Shown piece by piece: positions 37,404 through 48,100 of a stretch of 64,000 nt of DNA. The notes beneath the pieces were generated by a model. It made no database searches, was not told the origin of the DNA, and worked only from the letters and a program-made list of their open reading frames with translations. A program made the position numbers and the translations under genes. Location: NCBI GenBank assembly GCA_903870815.1, contig CAIQEI010000025.1:30661-94660 (forward strand), written 5' to 3'. Origin of the DNA: an uncultured Verrucomicrobia subdivision 3 bacterium. GTDB taxonomy: Bacteria > Verrucomicrobiota > Verrucomicrobiia > Limisphaerales > UBA11358. The number at the start of each line of letters is the position of its first letter. Position 1 is the stretch's first letter.

Positions 37404-39377
37404 ATGCCCATGTCAATCCGTTGCGGGATTTTTGCGTTGTGCGCCGGCTGCCTGCTGGCCACGGCCGTTGGCGCTTTCGCCCAGACCAATTATTATGCGG
37501 CCAACGGCACGGAATACCCCGTTGTGGGTTCGCTGCCCGGCGATCAGGTTTTCCCCTCAGTCGCCATTTCCTCTACTGGTGGTTTTGTGGTCTGGCAGGA
37601 CAATATTACCGATGGCGATAGTTGGGGCATCAGCGCCCGGCAGTTGGATGCGACGTTGTCGGGTCGGAACAGCGCGTTCCGCGTGAACGCGATCGGTGCG
37701 GGCAGCCAGGAAAATCCAAAGGTGGCCATCCTCAAGAATGGCGGCGCGGTGTTTGCCTGGCAGGGCGGCTCGCTTGGCCATCAGCACATTTTTGCCCGTT
37801 TCCTCACGCCGACCAACACCTTTCTGACCACGAACGACGTTTTGATCAACTCCTTCACTAACAATTTTCAGATTAACCCCGCCCTCGCGGTGTTGACCAA
37901 CGGCAACGTCGTGCTGGTCTGGGCTAGTTACAACCAGGCCGGGTCAAATTCCATGCAGGATGTTTATGGGCAGATTTTATCGCCCGCTGGCCAGAGGGTG
38001 GGAACCAACTTTCTCGTCAACCAGTTTACCAGCTTCAACCAGCGCTCCCCGTCGGTCGCCGCTCTGGCGGGCGGCGGATTTGTGGTGGCTTGGGTATCCG
38101 AGCAAGAGCGGCGGACAGTGGTGACCAACTCCTCGTACGTTGGCTCCTCCTCCGCCTTGCTCCCTAGCGTGGACATTTACGCTCGGCTGTTCAAGACCAA
38201 CGGCGTGGCCGTGGCCAGCGAATTCTTGGTCAATGCCGATTATAACCCCTGTGCGAATCCCTCCGTGGCCGGCGTGACCGATGGCTCCTTTCTGGTCGCC
38301 TGGACCGCGCAGGACTTGGCTAATACCCAGAACGATCTTGATGTCCATGCGCGTGCTTTCACCGGCGCCGGCCTTGGCGGCGCCGTGTTTTATGTCAATT
38401 CGCAGCTCTACGGCGACCAGTATGCGCCCCGTATCAGCGCGCTGGGGTTGGATTATCTGGTTGTCTGGACCAGCCTGGGTCAGGACGGCTCGCGCGAGGG
38501 CGTTTATGGCCAGTTCGTGCACGCCGATGGCTCGCTGGTGGGCGGCGAATTCCGCGTCAACACCACCACGCTTGGTCAGCAGATGCAGACCGCCGTGGCG
38601 GCGGACGGTGCGGGCCAATTCCTGGTGGCGTGGACCAGCTTTACCGGCTATCCCAACACTTTCGACCTCTTTGCGCAGCGTTATCTCAATGCCTCGGCCC
38701 TCCTGTCGCCCATGTCTGCGCCCTTTGTCTGGGCGCCGTTCGTGGTCAGCAACGGCGTGTATCAGCCGCAATTGGTGGTTTCCTGGCCGCCGTTGTCCGG
38801 CCTGTCCGTTGCCAGTTTTGAAATCTATGTGGATGCTTCCAATGCGCCCGCGGCGTCCGTCTCCGGCAACCAGTGGACCATGACCGCCGCCAACGGTCTG
38901 GCCACGAACAGTCCGCATTCTTTCCAGCTGGATTATGTTCTGACGGACGGCCAGCGTTCCCCGCTTTCCCCCTCCGCCGGCGGTACGACTTGGAGCGGGT
39001 TGAACTGGGGCGGCATTCCCTATGAATGGATGGCGGAGTTCTTTGGGGGATATTACAATGGCAAATACACCACGACTTACTGGCCCCCGGCCGGTGCTCC
39101 TTTGGTCGTCGGCGGCCCGTCCCTGGCCAATATCTTCCTGGGCGGCGGCAATCCGCTGGATCCAACCACCTGGTTGCAGACGACGCTCACCAAAACCGCC
39201 CAGGGAATGTTCCTCGGCTGGAACCCGCAGCCCGGCGCCACCTATCAGGTGCAGGTGACGACCAATTTAGCCTTTTGGAGTAATGTCGGTTCGCCGCGGT
39301 TTGCGGCGGGCACGATGGATTCAATCAATGTCGGCGGCGGCGCGGTGGGTTACTACCGGGTGGTGCTGTTGCGTTAA
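37404..39377 (+). CDS. Secreted protein: seven ~55-aa propeller-like repeats, an FN3-like module and a C-terminal beta-sandwich ending ...YYRVVLLR
   Basis: Signal peptide MPMSIRCGIFALCAGCLLATAVGAFA|Q. Seven repeats share the pattern P.VA.L..GgFvVaW.s....(D)vyg(q/r).f...G...g.eF.VN. The core strands are FVVWQD, VFAWQG, VLVWAS, VVAWVS, LVAWTA, LVVWTS and LVAWTS. Confidence 0.6.
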   Translation: MPMSIRCGIFALCAGCLLATAVGAFAQTNYYAANGTEYPVVGSLPGDQVFPSVAISSTGGFVVWQDNITDGDSWGISARQLDATLSGRNSAFRVNAIGAGSQENPKVAILKNGGAVFAWQGGSLGHQHIFARFLTPTNTFLTTNDVLINSFTNNFQINPALAVLTNGNVVLVWASYNQAGSNSMQDVYGQILSPAGQRVGTNFLVNQFTSFNQRSPSVAALAGGGFVVAWVSEQERRTVVTNSSYVGSSSALLPSVDIYARLFKTNGVAVASEFLVNADYNPCANPSVAGVTDGSFLVAWTAQDLANTQNDLDVHARAFTGAGLGGAVFYVNSQLYGDQYAPRISALGLDYLVVWTSLGQDGSREGVYGQFVHADGSLVGGEFRVNTTTLGQQMQTAVAADGAGQFLVAWTSFTGYPNTFDLFAQRYLNASALLSPMSAPFVWAPFVVSNGVYQPQLVVSWPPLSGLSVASFEIYVDASNAPAASVSGNQWTMTAANGLATNSPHSFQLDYVLTDGQRSPLSPSAGGTTWSGLNWGGIPYEWMAEFFGGYYNGKYTTTYWPPAGAPLVVGGPSLANIFLGGGNPLDPTTWLQTTLTKTAQGMFLGWNPQPGATYQVQVTTNLAFWSNVGSPRFAAGTMDSINVGGGAVGYYRVVLLR

Positions 39378-39387
39378 GCGAACTTGT

Positions 39388-41748
39388 ATGCGGAAATATT
39401 TTAATTACATTTTCTTGGCGGTCGCGTTTTTTCTGACGCTCCCGTCCGCATGGGGATTTGCCCTAATCGGCCCGGTTGGGAATGGCGGTGATGCCTGGCA
39501 GACCGCCGCCCTAGGCTATGGCCCAAACAACTTTGATTATGGGGCACCGAAGGACATCTATGAAGAATACCGGCCGGTGGTGCCGGTGATGTATTATGCC
39601 TGTGATGCGACTTTTTTAACCTATTATGGTTACACCGGGCTCACGAATGTTGATGCGGCCTTTGGCATCCTGAATGGCTTCATGTACGGGCTGACCAATA
39701 CCCCCCTCTTTTTGTACACCCCCACAAGCGGGATCACCCTGCCGGGCAATGGGCTGCCGGGCGGTGTGACCAACCTCAACCTGGCTACCGTTGACCGCTA
39801 CAGCGCCAGCTTGTCCGAATTGTCGCTGGAAAACCAGCAGATCAATTATACCGCCCAATCGCTGGGGCTGATGGACATCAAATCCTTTGTCCTGCACCAG
39901 GTCGTCTCGGAATTGGGGCTGGAGGATCCGACCCGCTATGTCTGGACCTTGCACGACCGGCTTGCGGATCCACATGTGCAAAATCCCACCTGCCCCGCCA
40001 ACGAGGTGTATCTGGTGGTGCAGCGGAATTTTGATGTTAATCCCACCCAGAATTATCCGTACTCATCATATATCAATGGCTCGCTCTATTTGTTCTATAT
40101 TGATGAAAACTGCGGCAACAACGCCAATGTGCCCTACACTGCCAGAACGTTTTGCAGTCCGGCTGACCAGTTTGGCTCCTATCCGCCAATCACCAAGTAT
40201 GGTTTGCTGATTGAATATGAAGAAACCCAATTAGGGGCTTATTTTACAAGCCTGACGCGGGATGATGGGGCGGGCTTTAAATATTTGTTGAGCACCAACA
40301 ACCTCAACTGGGAGTCAACGGCGGCCAGCGGCGGCACCTTGATTGTGACCAATATCGGCGGGCAGGTGCCGCTGATCACTTCGGATCTGGGTAGCTTGTA
40401 TACCGCTTCCCTCACCAACGATCCCGTCGCGCTGGCCGGACTGTTTCCTGGCTTGGTGGTTTACGGGGTGGCCACGAATTATTCCCTCGGGTTTATCACC
40501 AATACCACTACCTATTATACCAACTACATTGGCGAGCCGTACGGCTCCCCGCCCCAGCTGGTGACCGTCACCACCCTGACGCCGGGCATCCTCACCAACT
40601 ACCTCAACGCCTTCGGTAATGTGGTCATCAACCACTATTATACGAATACTTACGCTGAGTTGGAGACGATTGCCGTCACCAACCGGATTGGTGCGCCCTA
40701 TGGCAGTCCGTTGTATACCAACATCTCTTATCAGCCGGTGGTTTTTACCAATCGGCCGTCCGGGGACTACTATTTGATTTCTTCCAACCTGGTGGGCTAT
40801 AAAATCAATTCCGTTTTCTATACCAACCAGGTCATATATACCGTCACCAATGTTGCGGCTACGGGCACGAACACGGTGACGGCCACGAACAAGTATTCTT
40901 TGACTCAAATCACCCAGTTCTATACCACCAATTACTGGCTGCTGGTGCAGCCGCTCACTCTGACGTTTCCCAGCAATGGGCCGGCCCTGCGGGAGGGGAT
41001 CGGCCGGGTTGGTTTTATTCGCGCTAACTACGATTCCCTGCTGGGCCAGTTCTTCCAGCCTTTGACTAACTATTACAGCATGGTCAAGGTCTTCAACAGC
41101 CAGCCGGTCATGGAGTACTACCAACGGGTGGTGACGGCGCCGGACTTTTTGTTTCAGTCGGCGGATCTGACCGTGCCTTCGCCGCCGAACTTGCCTTACG
41201 GACCAGACGAAAGTACCACTGGGCCAGTGTTTGACACCAGTGCCATTCAGGGGAACCTGGCCGGGCCGGGTGCCATCGAACCGGTTCCGGGCAAGGTGAT
41301 TGTGTTTAATAAAAATGAGAACTTGTTGTATTTGTCCGCCAATCAGTCGCAAAAAGGTTCCGGCACAAACGTTTTTTTAAATTCGTCTGATTTGACCCAG
41401 ATGCAGGGATGGGGATCCTTTGACGGATCCACCAATTATCCGGTGTTTTATCCGTCCACTTACAGCATCGCAAACTTGATGAATCAGGCGGTCATTCCCG
41501 TTACCCCCGCAACCGTCCCCGACGGCACCAACAATGTGCCGTACAGCATTACGTTCAGCGCCACCGGCGGGACACCGCCCTACACCTGGGCCGCGCCGGG
41601 CTTTAACGTGCCGGGACTCGCTTTCGACCCGGCCACGCAGACGCTTTCGGGCACGCCCACGTTGTCCGCCAGTTATAATTTCACCCTCCAACTGACCGAC
41701 TCGGCCAACCGGGTGATCAGCTTGGGTTACCCGATTACGATCCACTAA
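39388..41748 (+). CDS. Secreted T/N/Y-rich protein with a C-terminal He_PIG (putative Ig, dystroglycan-type cadherin-like) domain
   Basis: Signal peptide MRKYFNYIFLAVAFFLTLPSAWG. C-terminus PYSITFSATGGTPPYTWAAPGFNVPGLAFDPATQTLSGTPTLSASYNFTLQLTDS matches the He_PIG pattern. The start is trimmed to ATG 39388, 10 nt after the previous stop. Confidence 0.55.
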   Translation: MRKYFNYIFLAVAFFLTLPSAWGFALIGPVGNGGDAWQTAALGYGPNNFDYGAPKDIYEEYRPVVPVMYYACDATFLTYYGYTGLTNVDAAFGILNGFMYGLTNTPLFLYTPTSGITLPGNGLPGGVTNLNLATVDRYSASLSELSLENQQINYTAQSLGLMDIKSFVLHQVVSELGLEDPTRYVWTLHDRLADPHVQNPTCPANEVYLVVQRNFDVNPTQNYPYSSYINGSLYLFYIDENCGNNANVPYTARTFCSPADQFGSYPPITKYGLLIEYEETQLGAYFTSLTRDDGAGFKYLLSTNNLNWESTAASGGTLIVTNIGGQVPLITSDLGSLYTASLTNDPVALAGLFPGLVVYGVATNYSLGFITNTTTYYTNYIGEPYGSPPQLVTVTTLTPGILTNYLNAFGNVVINHYYTNTYAELETIAVTNRIGAPYGSPLYTNISYQPVVFTNRPSGDYYLISSNLVGYKINSVFYTNQVIYTVTNVAATGTNTVTATNKYSLTQITQFYTTNYWLLVQPLTLTFPSNGPALREGIGRVGFIRANYDSLLGQFFQPLTNYYSMVKVFNSQPVMEYYQRVVTAPDFLFQSADLTVPSPPNLPYGPDESTTGPVFDTSAIQGNLAGPGAIEPVPGKVIVFNKNENLLYLSANQSQKGSGTNVFLNSSDLTQMQGWGSFDGSTNYPVFYPSTYSIANLMNQAVIPVTPATVPDGTNNVPYSITFSATGGTPPYTWAAPGFNVPGLAFDPATQTLSGTPTLSASYNFTLQLTDSANRVISLGYPITIH

Positions 41749-41751
41749 GTT

Positions 41752-44700
41752 ATGGAATCATTTGTTCGCCGCAGGAAAGTCCGCAATGGGTGTTTGAAAG
41801 CCCTGCCGGTTGCCTTGTTGCTGGTCCTGTTGGGGCGCTCGGCCGTGGCCCAGTTGGCCACGTTCAATGTCGGCAGTGGCACTCCGGTCGGCAATGTCCA
41901 GCCGCTCGTCAATTACACTCCTCCCATTTACGCTACCAATTTCTTCAACGACACCGGCTCGATGTTTAGTTGGAATCTCGGCAATGGCAGTACTTGGCTG
42001 GGTAGCCTGTATCAGGGTTGGTATTACACCCTCAATTTTACGAACCAGGGCGAGATGGATTCCTCCACCGGCTTCCGTTTTGACTCGCAAATTCCCAATG
42101 TCTCCGGCCATACCGAGGCGGGCGGTTTTGACAACGTCGGGGTGATTAACGGTGGCACCTCCTCGGCCAATGGCATTTTCATCAATCAATTCTCCGTCGG
42201 CTCCACTTTTTATGGCGGCTATGGTGGCGTCTACGTCTATGCCACGAATATTTTCAATTCCGGCACCATGGCCGTCGGCACCGATGGCCTGATTAAATTG
42301 ATTGGGGATAATATTGCCCTCAACCGCGGCACGGTGACCATCCAGAGCCAGTCTTTTTTTGGCAAAAGCGCCAACTACACCGCTTCCGGTGCGGTGGACG
42401 CCAGCACCAATAAATGGTCGCCGTCCGGTAACTTGGGTCAGAATTATGCCTATGGGCCGATGAACAAGACGCCTTACCAGCTTTCTCTCTATAATTCCAC
42501 CCCTTATTTCAGCGTCCAAACCAATATCGGCGGCTCCAACGTCGTGGTGCGGATGGTTTTTTTGCAGGACCGTAGCGTGAACGTGGCTACCAACGTATAT
42601 TTCGGCAATAGCTTCTTTGCCGGCGATTATGCCTATGTGGAATGGGTGGGAAATTTTACGGATCCGGCCACTGGTCTGCCGGCGAATCGCTATCTGTATT
42701 TGTACGACAATTTTGACGCGGTTGACACCAACCTTCTTGCCTCCGGCTACGGTGATCCCGGCTCGGGTATTCCGGCCAATTACAACCTCTATGCTCAGGA
42801 TACTCCGCTCAGTTTGGGTCTCCCGGCTACCAACGGCTTTGTGTTCAATTTGCTCGATTCCGACCCTATCACAAATAATGTCTATTCCTATGTCACGGCG
42901 CAATTCAATCCGTCCGACGTCTCCACCAATAGTGTGTACGGGCCGCTTCCGTTGAACGCCCTGCCGGGCCGGGTGGAATTGTCCGCGGCCAAAAACTTGA
43001 GCCTTTCGCTGGCGTCGGTGTCCGGCATGAATTATCTGCTGCTCAACAGCACCAATGAGTTTGACACCGATCGGTCCCCCATCGGCGCGCCCTATTCGGA
43101 CATGTACCTTGGCCACACCAATGGTACGATGGCCGTTACCAACCTCATCGCTTCCACGCTCCCGATTTGGAGCGGCAGCCTGAAAGCCTGGACCACCCGC
43201 TGGTTATATACCCAGACGAATGGCGGTGCCGGGGGCACCAACACCATTTTTTACGACTTTCGCGTGCTGCTCGTGTCTAGCCAGTTGAACCCCGCCACCG
43301 CTTCATCGGTCGAGGATTTTGTCCTGTACAGCAAGGATAATGTCGTCATCAGCGACGTGTTGAACATCACCCGCACTTTTTCCATCAACTGCACCAATTT
43401 GCTGCTGACCACGAATGGGATTGGCAACGGTGCCGCCTCGCCGGACGGTGAATTGAACCTCAATTCCTCGGCGATCAACTGGGCCGCTTCGATGCCGTAC
43501 CTGCGCTGCCTCACGAACAACGGTGCCATTAATTGTCTGAATGCGGTCCAGTTTGCCGGCAATGTGGGTTTGGTTACGGTGACCCCCGGCACCAACGCCG
43601 TGGCCGCCGCCGGCGCGCTGTCCGAGATTTCAGGCCGCACCAATGTGCTGGTGAACAACTCCGTCACCATTGGTACCAACCTTTATGCCTTCGTCACCCG
43701 GCTGACGAACACGGTGCCCAATCAGGTCAGGATTGCCGCCCAGTTTGACGGCACCCTGAGCAATTTGATCGCGGCCATCAACCGCACCGCCGGTGCGGGC
43801 ACCAATTATAGCACCAACACCCTGGCCAACCCATTCGTCACCGCGGGCGCTCTCGTCAGCCATGCCTTTACGGTCACTGCCACCACGAACTTTACCGGTT
43901 TGGCGGGAAATTCAATCACCACCACCCGGTCCGCCGTCACGACGAACGTGGCTTGGTCCGGTCTGACCCTTTCCGGCGGGGTGAATTCGGTCGTGCCCGT
44001 CACGAACAGTTCCCTGGTTCCGGTTCCTTATCTTGATCTCGTCAACTACGGACTGATTTCAAACTTGGGCACTACCATTTGGGCGAATGATTTTGAAAAC
44101 TACGGTTATTTCACTGCCGGGCCTGGTTCGTTCACCCTCCAGTCCGTCACCGCGACGATGACCAATGGAACCATTCTTGCCGCCGGCACCGTCAGCCTCA
44201 CGGCTTCCAATATGCTGATTGCCGGTACCTCGATTCAGGCCGGCAAATCGATGACGGTGGTTGCGACTAACAGCCTGTCTGATAACGGTCCCGGTAACGG
44301 CAGCTCGTGGCTGATCGGGCTTAACTATCCCGGTTATGGCAATTGGACCGGGCTGGTTTTGCCCGTCAAGCCGGCCGTGGGCGACCTGCTCGGCACCTCC
44401 ATCACCAATTTTGCTGTCACCAACTCCTTGATCAACCTGACTTGGTCCGCCGAGGATCGCGGCGCGGTCAACGCCGGTTTCAGCAACAACGCCGCTATCG
44501 GCCAGATGATTTTTGACGCGCAGGGCCTCACCCCGCACACGGCGTTTGCCATCAAAGGCACCGGTGCCAGCAACGCCATGTATGTGGACAACCTCGTTCT
44601 GCTGGATCAGGCCACCAACCAGGATGGCAGTTTCAATCTGCTGGCCCTCAACATTAACACCAACGTCGTGATCTACTTCGCGCAGGCCATGCTCAACGGC

Positions 44701-45195
44701 TTGTCCATCGCCGAAAAATTGGACGGCAAGAACCCGGACGCCAATGGTAAACCCCATCTCCGCTGGGTTCCGACTTACGCCGGCTACTATAGCTCGACCA
44801 ATCTGGTTTATCCCCCGGGTGTGACCAACACGGTTAATGCCGCGTTGGCCCAAAGTTCATCCATTGATTCCAACGGTAACGGCATTCCCAATAGCACCGA
44901 CCCGATGCCGTTCCTTGTGCCGGCGCAGTTGAATTTCACCGTTACCCTGACCAATCTGCCGCCGCCGGTCGTCCAGTTGCAGTGGGTGACCGTCGCCAAC
45001 GGCACCAACTTTGTCTATTACAAGACCAACCTGCTGTCGCCAGCTTGGCTGCTGTTGACCAATTTTATTTCGCCGCTGCCGTATCCCTCGCCGCCTGGGT
45101 ACGTGTCGATTTTTGATCCGTTGACGAACACGGCGCATTTTTATCAGCTGGATGTTGAGCCTAATTTGCTCTTCGGCCACCCCGCTATCCCATGA
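41752..45195 (+). CDS. Large secreted protein, N/T/S/G-rich, no recognised catalytic motif
   Basis: 1147 aa. Signal peptide (LPVALLLVLLGRSAVA|Q). The C-terminal ~70 aa (VQLQWVTVANGTNFVYYKTNLLSPAWLLL...AHFYQLDV) resemble the C-terminal module of the 37404 protein. ATG lies 3 nt after the previous stop. Confidence 0.5.
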   Translation: MESFVRRRKVRNGCLKALPVALLLVLLGRSAVAQLATFNVGSGTPVGNVQPLVNYTPPIYATNFFNDTGSMFSWNLGNGSTWLGSLYQGWYYTLNFTNQGEMDSSTGFRFDSQIPNVSGHTEAGGFDNVGVINGGTSSANGIFINQFSVGSTFYGGYGGVYVYATNIFNSGTMAVGTDGLIKLIGDNIALNRGTVTIQSQSFFGKSANYTASGAVDASTNKWSPSGNLGQNYAYGPMNKTPYQLSLYNSTPYFSVQTNIGGSNVVVRMVFLQDRSVNVATNVYFGNSFFAGDYAYVEWVGNFTDPATGLPANRYLYLYDNFDAVDTNLLASGYGDPGSGIPANYNLYAQDTPLSLGLPATNGFVFNLLDSDPITNNVYSYVTAQFNPSDVSTNSVYGPLPLNALPGRVELSAAKNLSLSLASVSGMNYLLLNSTNEFDTDRSPIGAPYSDMYLGHTNGTMAVTNLIASTLPIWSGSLKAWTTRWLYTQTNGGAGGTNTIFYDFRVLLVSSQLNPATASSVEDFVLYSKDNVVISDVLNITRTFSINCTNLLLTTNGIGNGAASPDGELNLNSSAINWAASMPYLRCLTNNGAINCLNAVQFAGNVGLVTVTPGTNAVAAAGALSEISGRTNVLVNNSVTIGTNLYAFVTRLTNTVPNQVRIAAQFDGTLSNLIAAINRTAGAGTNYSTNTLANPFVTAGALVSHAFTVTATTNFTGLAGNSITTTRSAVTTNVAWSGLTLSGGVNSVVPVTNSSLVPVPYLDLVNYGLISNLGTTIWANDFENYGYFTAGPGSFTLQSVTATMTNGTILAAGTVSLTASNMLIAGTSIQAGKSMTVVATNSLSDNGPGNGSSWLIGLNYPGYGNWTGLVLPVKPAVGDLLGTSITNFAVTNSLINLTWSAEDRGAVNAGFSNNAAIGQMIFDAQGLTPHTAFAIKGTGASNAMYVDNLVLLDQATNQDGSFNLLALNINTNVVIYFAQAMLNGLSIAEKLDGKNPDANGKPHLRWVPTYAGYYSSTNLVYPPGVTNTVNAALAQSSSIDSNGNGIPNSTDPMPFLVPAQLNFTVTLTNLPPPVVQLQWVTVANGTNFVYYKTNLLSPAWLLLTNFISPLPYPSPPGYVSIFDPLTNTAHFYQLDVEPNLLFGHPAIP

Positions 45196-48100
45196 GGTCA
45201 GCCCTGTATATTTTGAAAACCGAAAACCGCGCGGCCAGTGCTTGCGCGATCCTTGGAAAAATGTTGTGAATACGATTCTGAATAATATTGTCGGCCGGTG
45301 GCCCGCCCGGGCTTGGCTGAAGCTGGGGTTGGTGCTGTGTCTGGGTTTACGGCCTGGCCTCGCCGGCGCCCAATCGCCCACCAATGATAACTTTGCCAAT
45401 GCCATCATTCTGTCCGGCCTTTCCGGGTCGGCCAAGGGCACCAATGTCAACGCCACTTTGGAGCCGCCGTGCGAAACAAATCAGGTCAATTGCGCGGATG
45501 ACGGCCCCCAGTCCGTGGATCAATCCGTCTGGTATGCCTGGACGGCTCCGGGAAACGTGACCGCCGCCTTCAACACGGTGGGCAGCGGATTTGACACCGT
45601 TCTTTCCGTCTGGACCACCACCAACGGCCTGTGCGATGCCACCTTGACCAATCTCGTTTCGGATGACGACACCGCCTACAACACCGGCCTGGACACGAAC
45701 AATTTCACCAGTTCCCTGTCGTTCAGTGCCGTGGCCGGAACCACTTACTATATTTCTGTTGCCGGCAACGCCTTGGACTTTGGTAATGACGCCGGCAAGG
45801 TGGTGCTGAATTGGACCAATATTAGCGTCACGCCCGTTTCCTCCGGCACGTTTCAATTCACCACCAACAAGTTTGTGGTCAGTGATCTGGACTCCACCTT
45901 TCCCAATGCTAACGATGGTAACACTGTCCGGCCTTGGCCTCCAAGTGGCGGCCAATTGGGTGGGCGTCTAACTGTCACCCGCGTGGGTGGCTCCAGCGGT
46001 CGGGTGTTTGTGGACTACTTCACCACCTCGCAGACGTATACCAACATTTTCACCACCAATTATTTCGGTACCAACATTTCCTACACTTTGGTTAATACGA
46101 ATGGCGTGGGCTGGACCACCAACGTGATTTATAATTTCATCGTTTACAGTAACTCTTACCCGTCTTACATCAATGGCGGTTATGTTAACTATGTTGTAAC
46201 TGGCGCCTCAACCAACATTGAAACCCAGATTTTCAACCAGATTTCCACCGCCCTCAACGGGACCAATTATCCGGTGGTGAGCGGGCCGCTGGTGCCGCCG
46301 CCGGTGATCTATCCGCCCCTCGGTAGTTCCATCCTTCGCCTGACCAATAATATCGTGGGCTACGGCACCAATATCACGGTCACGACCGTCTTTAGTTCGG
46401 CCGTCACCAACCAGCTTCGGGGCACGAACGCGGCCAACGGCACGACCATTACTAGCGGCCTCGTCACCTATACCAATTTTGCCACCTATTGGACCAACAA
46501 TTTCACCACCAATTATTTCGGCACCAACATTTACACCGCCTATTATCAGGTCGGCGGGTCGCAGTTTTTTACCAACTACTATTATACGAACCTCGTGTTC
46601 TCCCAGTTCAATTTCACCAACCAGGTTTATACCAACGGCCTGTTGCTGACCAACCTGTATTCCTCGGGCCGCACGTTGGCGGCCGTCACTAATTTTGCCT
46701 GGAATATTACCAACAATGTGAGCGGCGTATTTAGTGACGTGGTCGGTCCCACCGGTCCGTATTCGCCGGTCCCCACCAGCTATCCGCCGCTCGGCACGAC
46801 CAACGTGGGCTATGCCACCAACTATGACTCGAGTGGGGAATTGATCATCACCACTACCAACACGTACCGGTATCCCTTGTACGTGACCACTGCGGTTGTC
46901 CCGGCTTCGGGGGCTTCTTTCTTTACCTACTCCAACACGCTCGTCTTTGATGATTATCAGATGAGCCAGGACATCATGTTGCCGGTTCGCCCGGTTAACA
47001 GTGCCACCATTGCCTCGCAGGTGATTGGGATTCAATTGGCCAATCCTCGGCTGGATACCAATGAGTCTGCCGATTTGTTGATTCCCACTCTGGGGCCGAC
47101 GGGTAGCAATGCTACCGTCAGCATCTTGAACAGCACGTTTCCCTCCGGCCCGTCCGTCTTTAATATTGAGCGTTCCGCCTTCACCGTTTACAAGTACAGT
47201 TATACCGCCGGCACCAACAGTGCTAACAAAATCGCTACTATTACCGTTTATCGCACGGGCAGTTTGGCTGACCCGGTGTCGGTTGATTATACGATTGATC
47301 CGGTTCCGCCGCTGGTCGGCGGCGCCGTTGTGCCCGCCACCTTTTCCGGCGGTTATAATCCCGCCAATCGGTTCAAGCTCCAGGCCGGGTCAGATTATGC
47401 TACGGTCGGCAGCGATTTCACTTCGGTCAGCGGTACCTTGTCGTGGGGTGTCAATGATGCCAACCCGAAGACTCTCACCATCCCAATTCTCAATAATGGG
47501 TTGGTGGAAAATAACGCGGATCTGCTCCTCCAGTTGTATAATCCCCTCGATAACGGTCAGACGGGTGCGGGGGCGGTCTTGGGCATGGTTAACTCCGCCA
47601 CCTTGACCATTCTTTATGATGAATCCACTTGCGGCCAGCAGCCGGCTGGGGCCGTGGATCGTTGCTGGAATAAGGACGGTTTTTCGGATTCAATTCCTCC
47701 GGACCTTCAGTATCCCGGCACGCAGGGCGGCGTCAGCGGCGGGGCCAATGGCAATGGTGGCACCGTCTATGCCGTCGCCGAGCAGCCGGACGGGAAGGCG
47801 ATTGTCGCGGGCAGTTTCATCTCCTTTGACTCCAATCCCTACAACCGCATTGTCCGCCTCTTGAACAACGGCTATCAGGACCCCACGTTCCTGGCTTCGC
47901 CCAACAGCGGTGCCAACAATTACATCACCTGCTTGGCCTTGCAGCCGGATGGGAAAATCCTCATCGGTGGCAATTTCACCTCTTTCAATGGGGCCAACCG
48001 GTTTCACATCGCCCGGTTGAACACCGATGGCAACGTGGACCCCTCCTTCAACCCCGGGCTCGGTGCGAACGGTATGGTGGTTTCCCTTGCCTTGCAGACC

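Noticed and set aside
45152-45265. ATG 45152 as the true start of the giant gene.
   Set aside because: It overlaps the upstream gene by 44 nt and would place the signal-peptide h-region about 55 residues from the N-terminus. GTG 45266 gives a normal signal peptide. The ORF-track coordinates are kept in the feature and the alternative is noted there.
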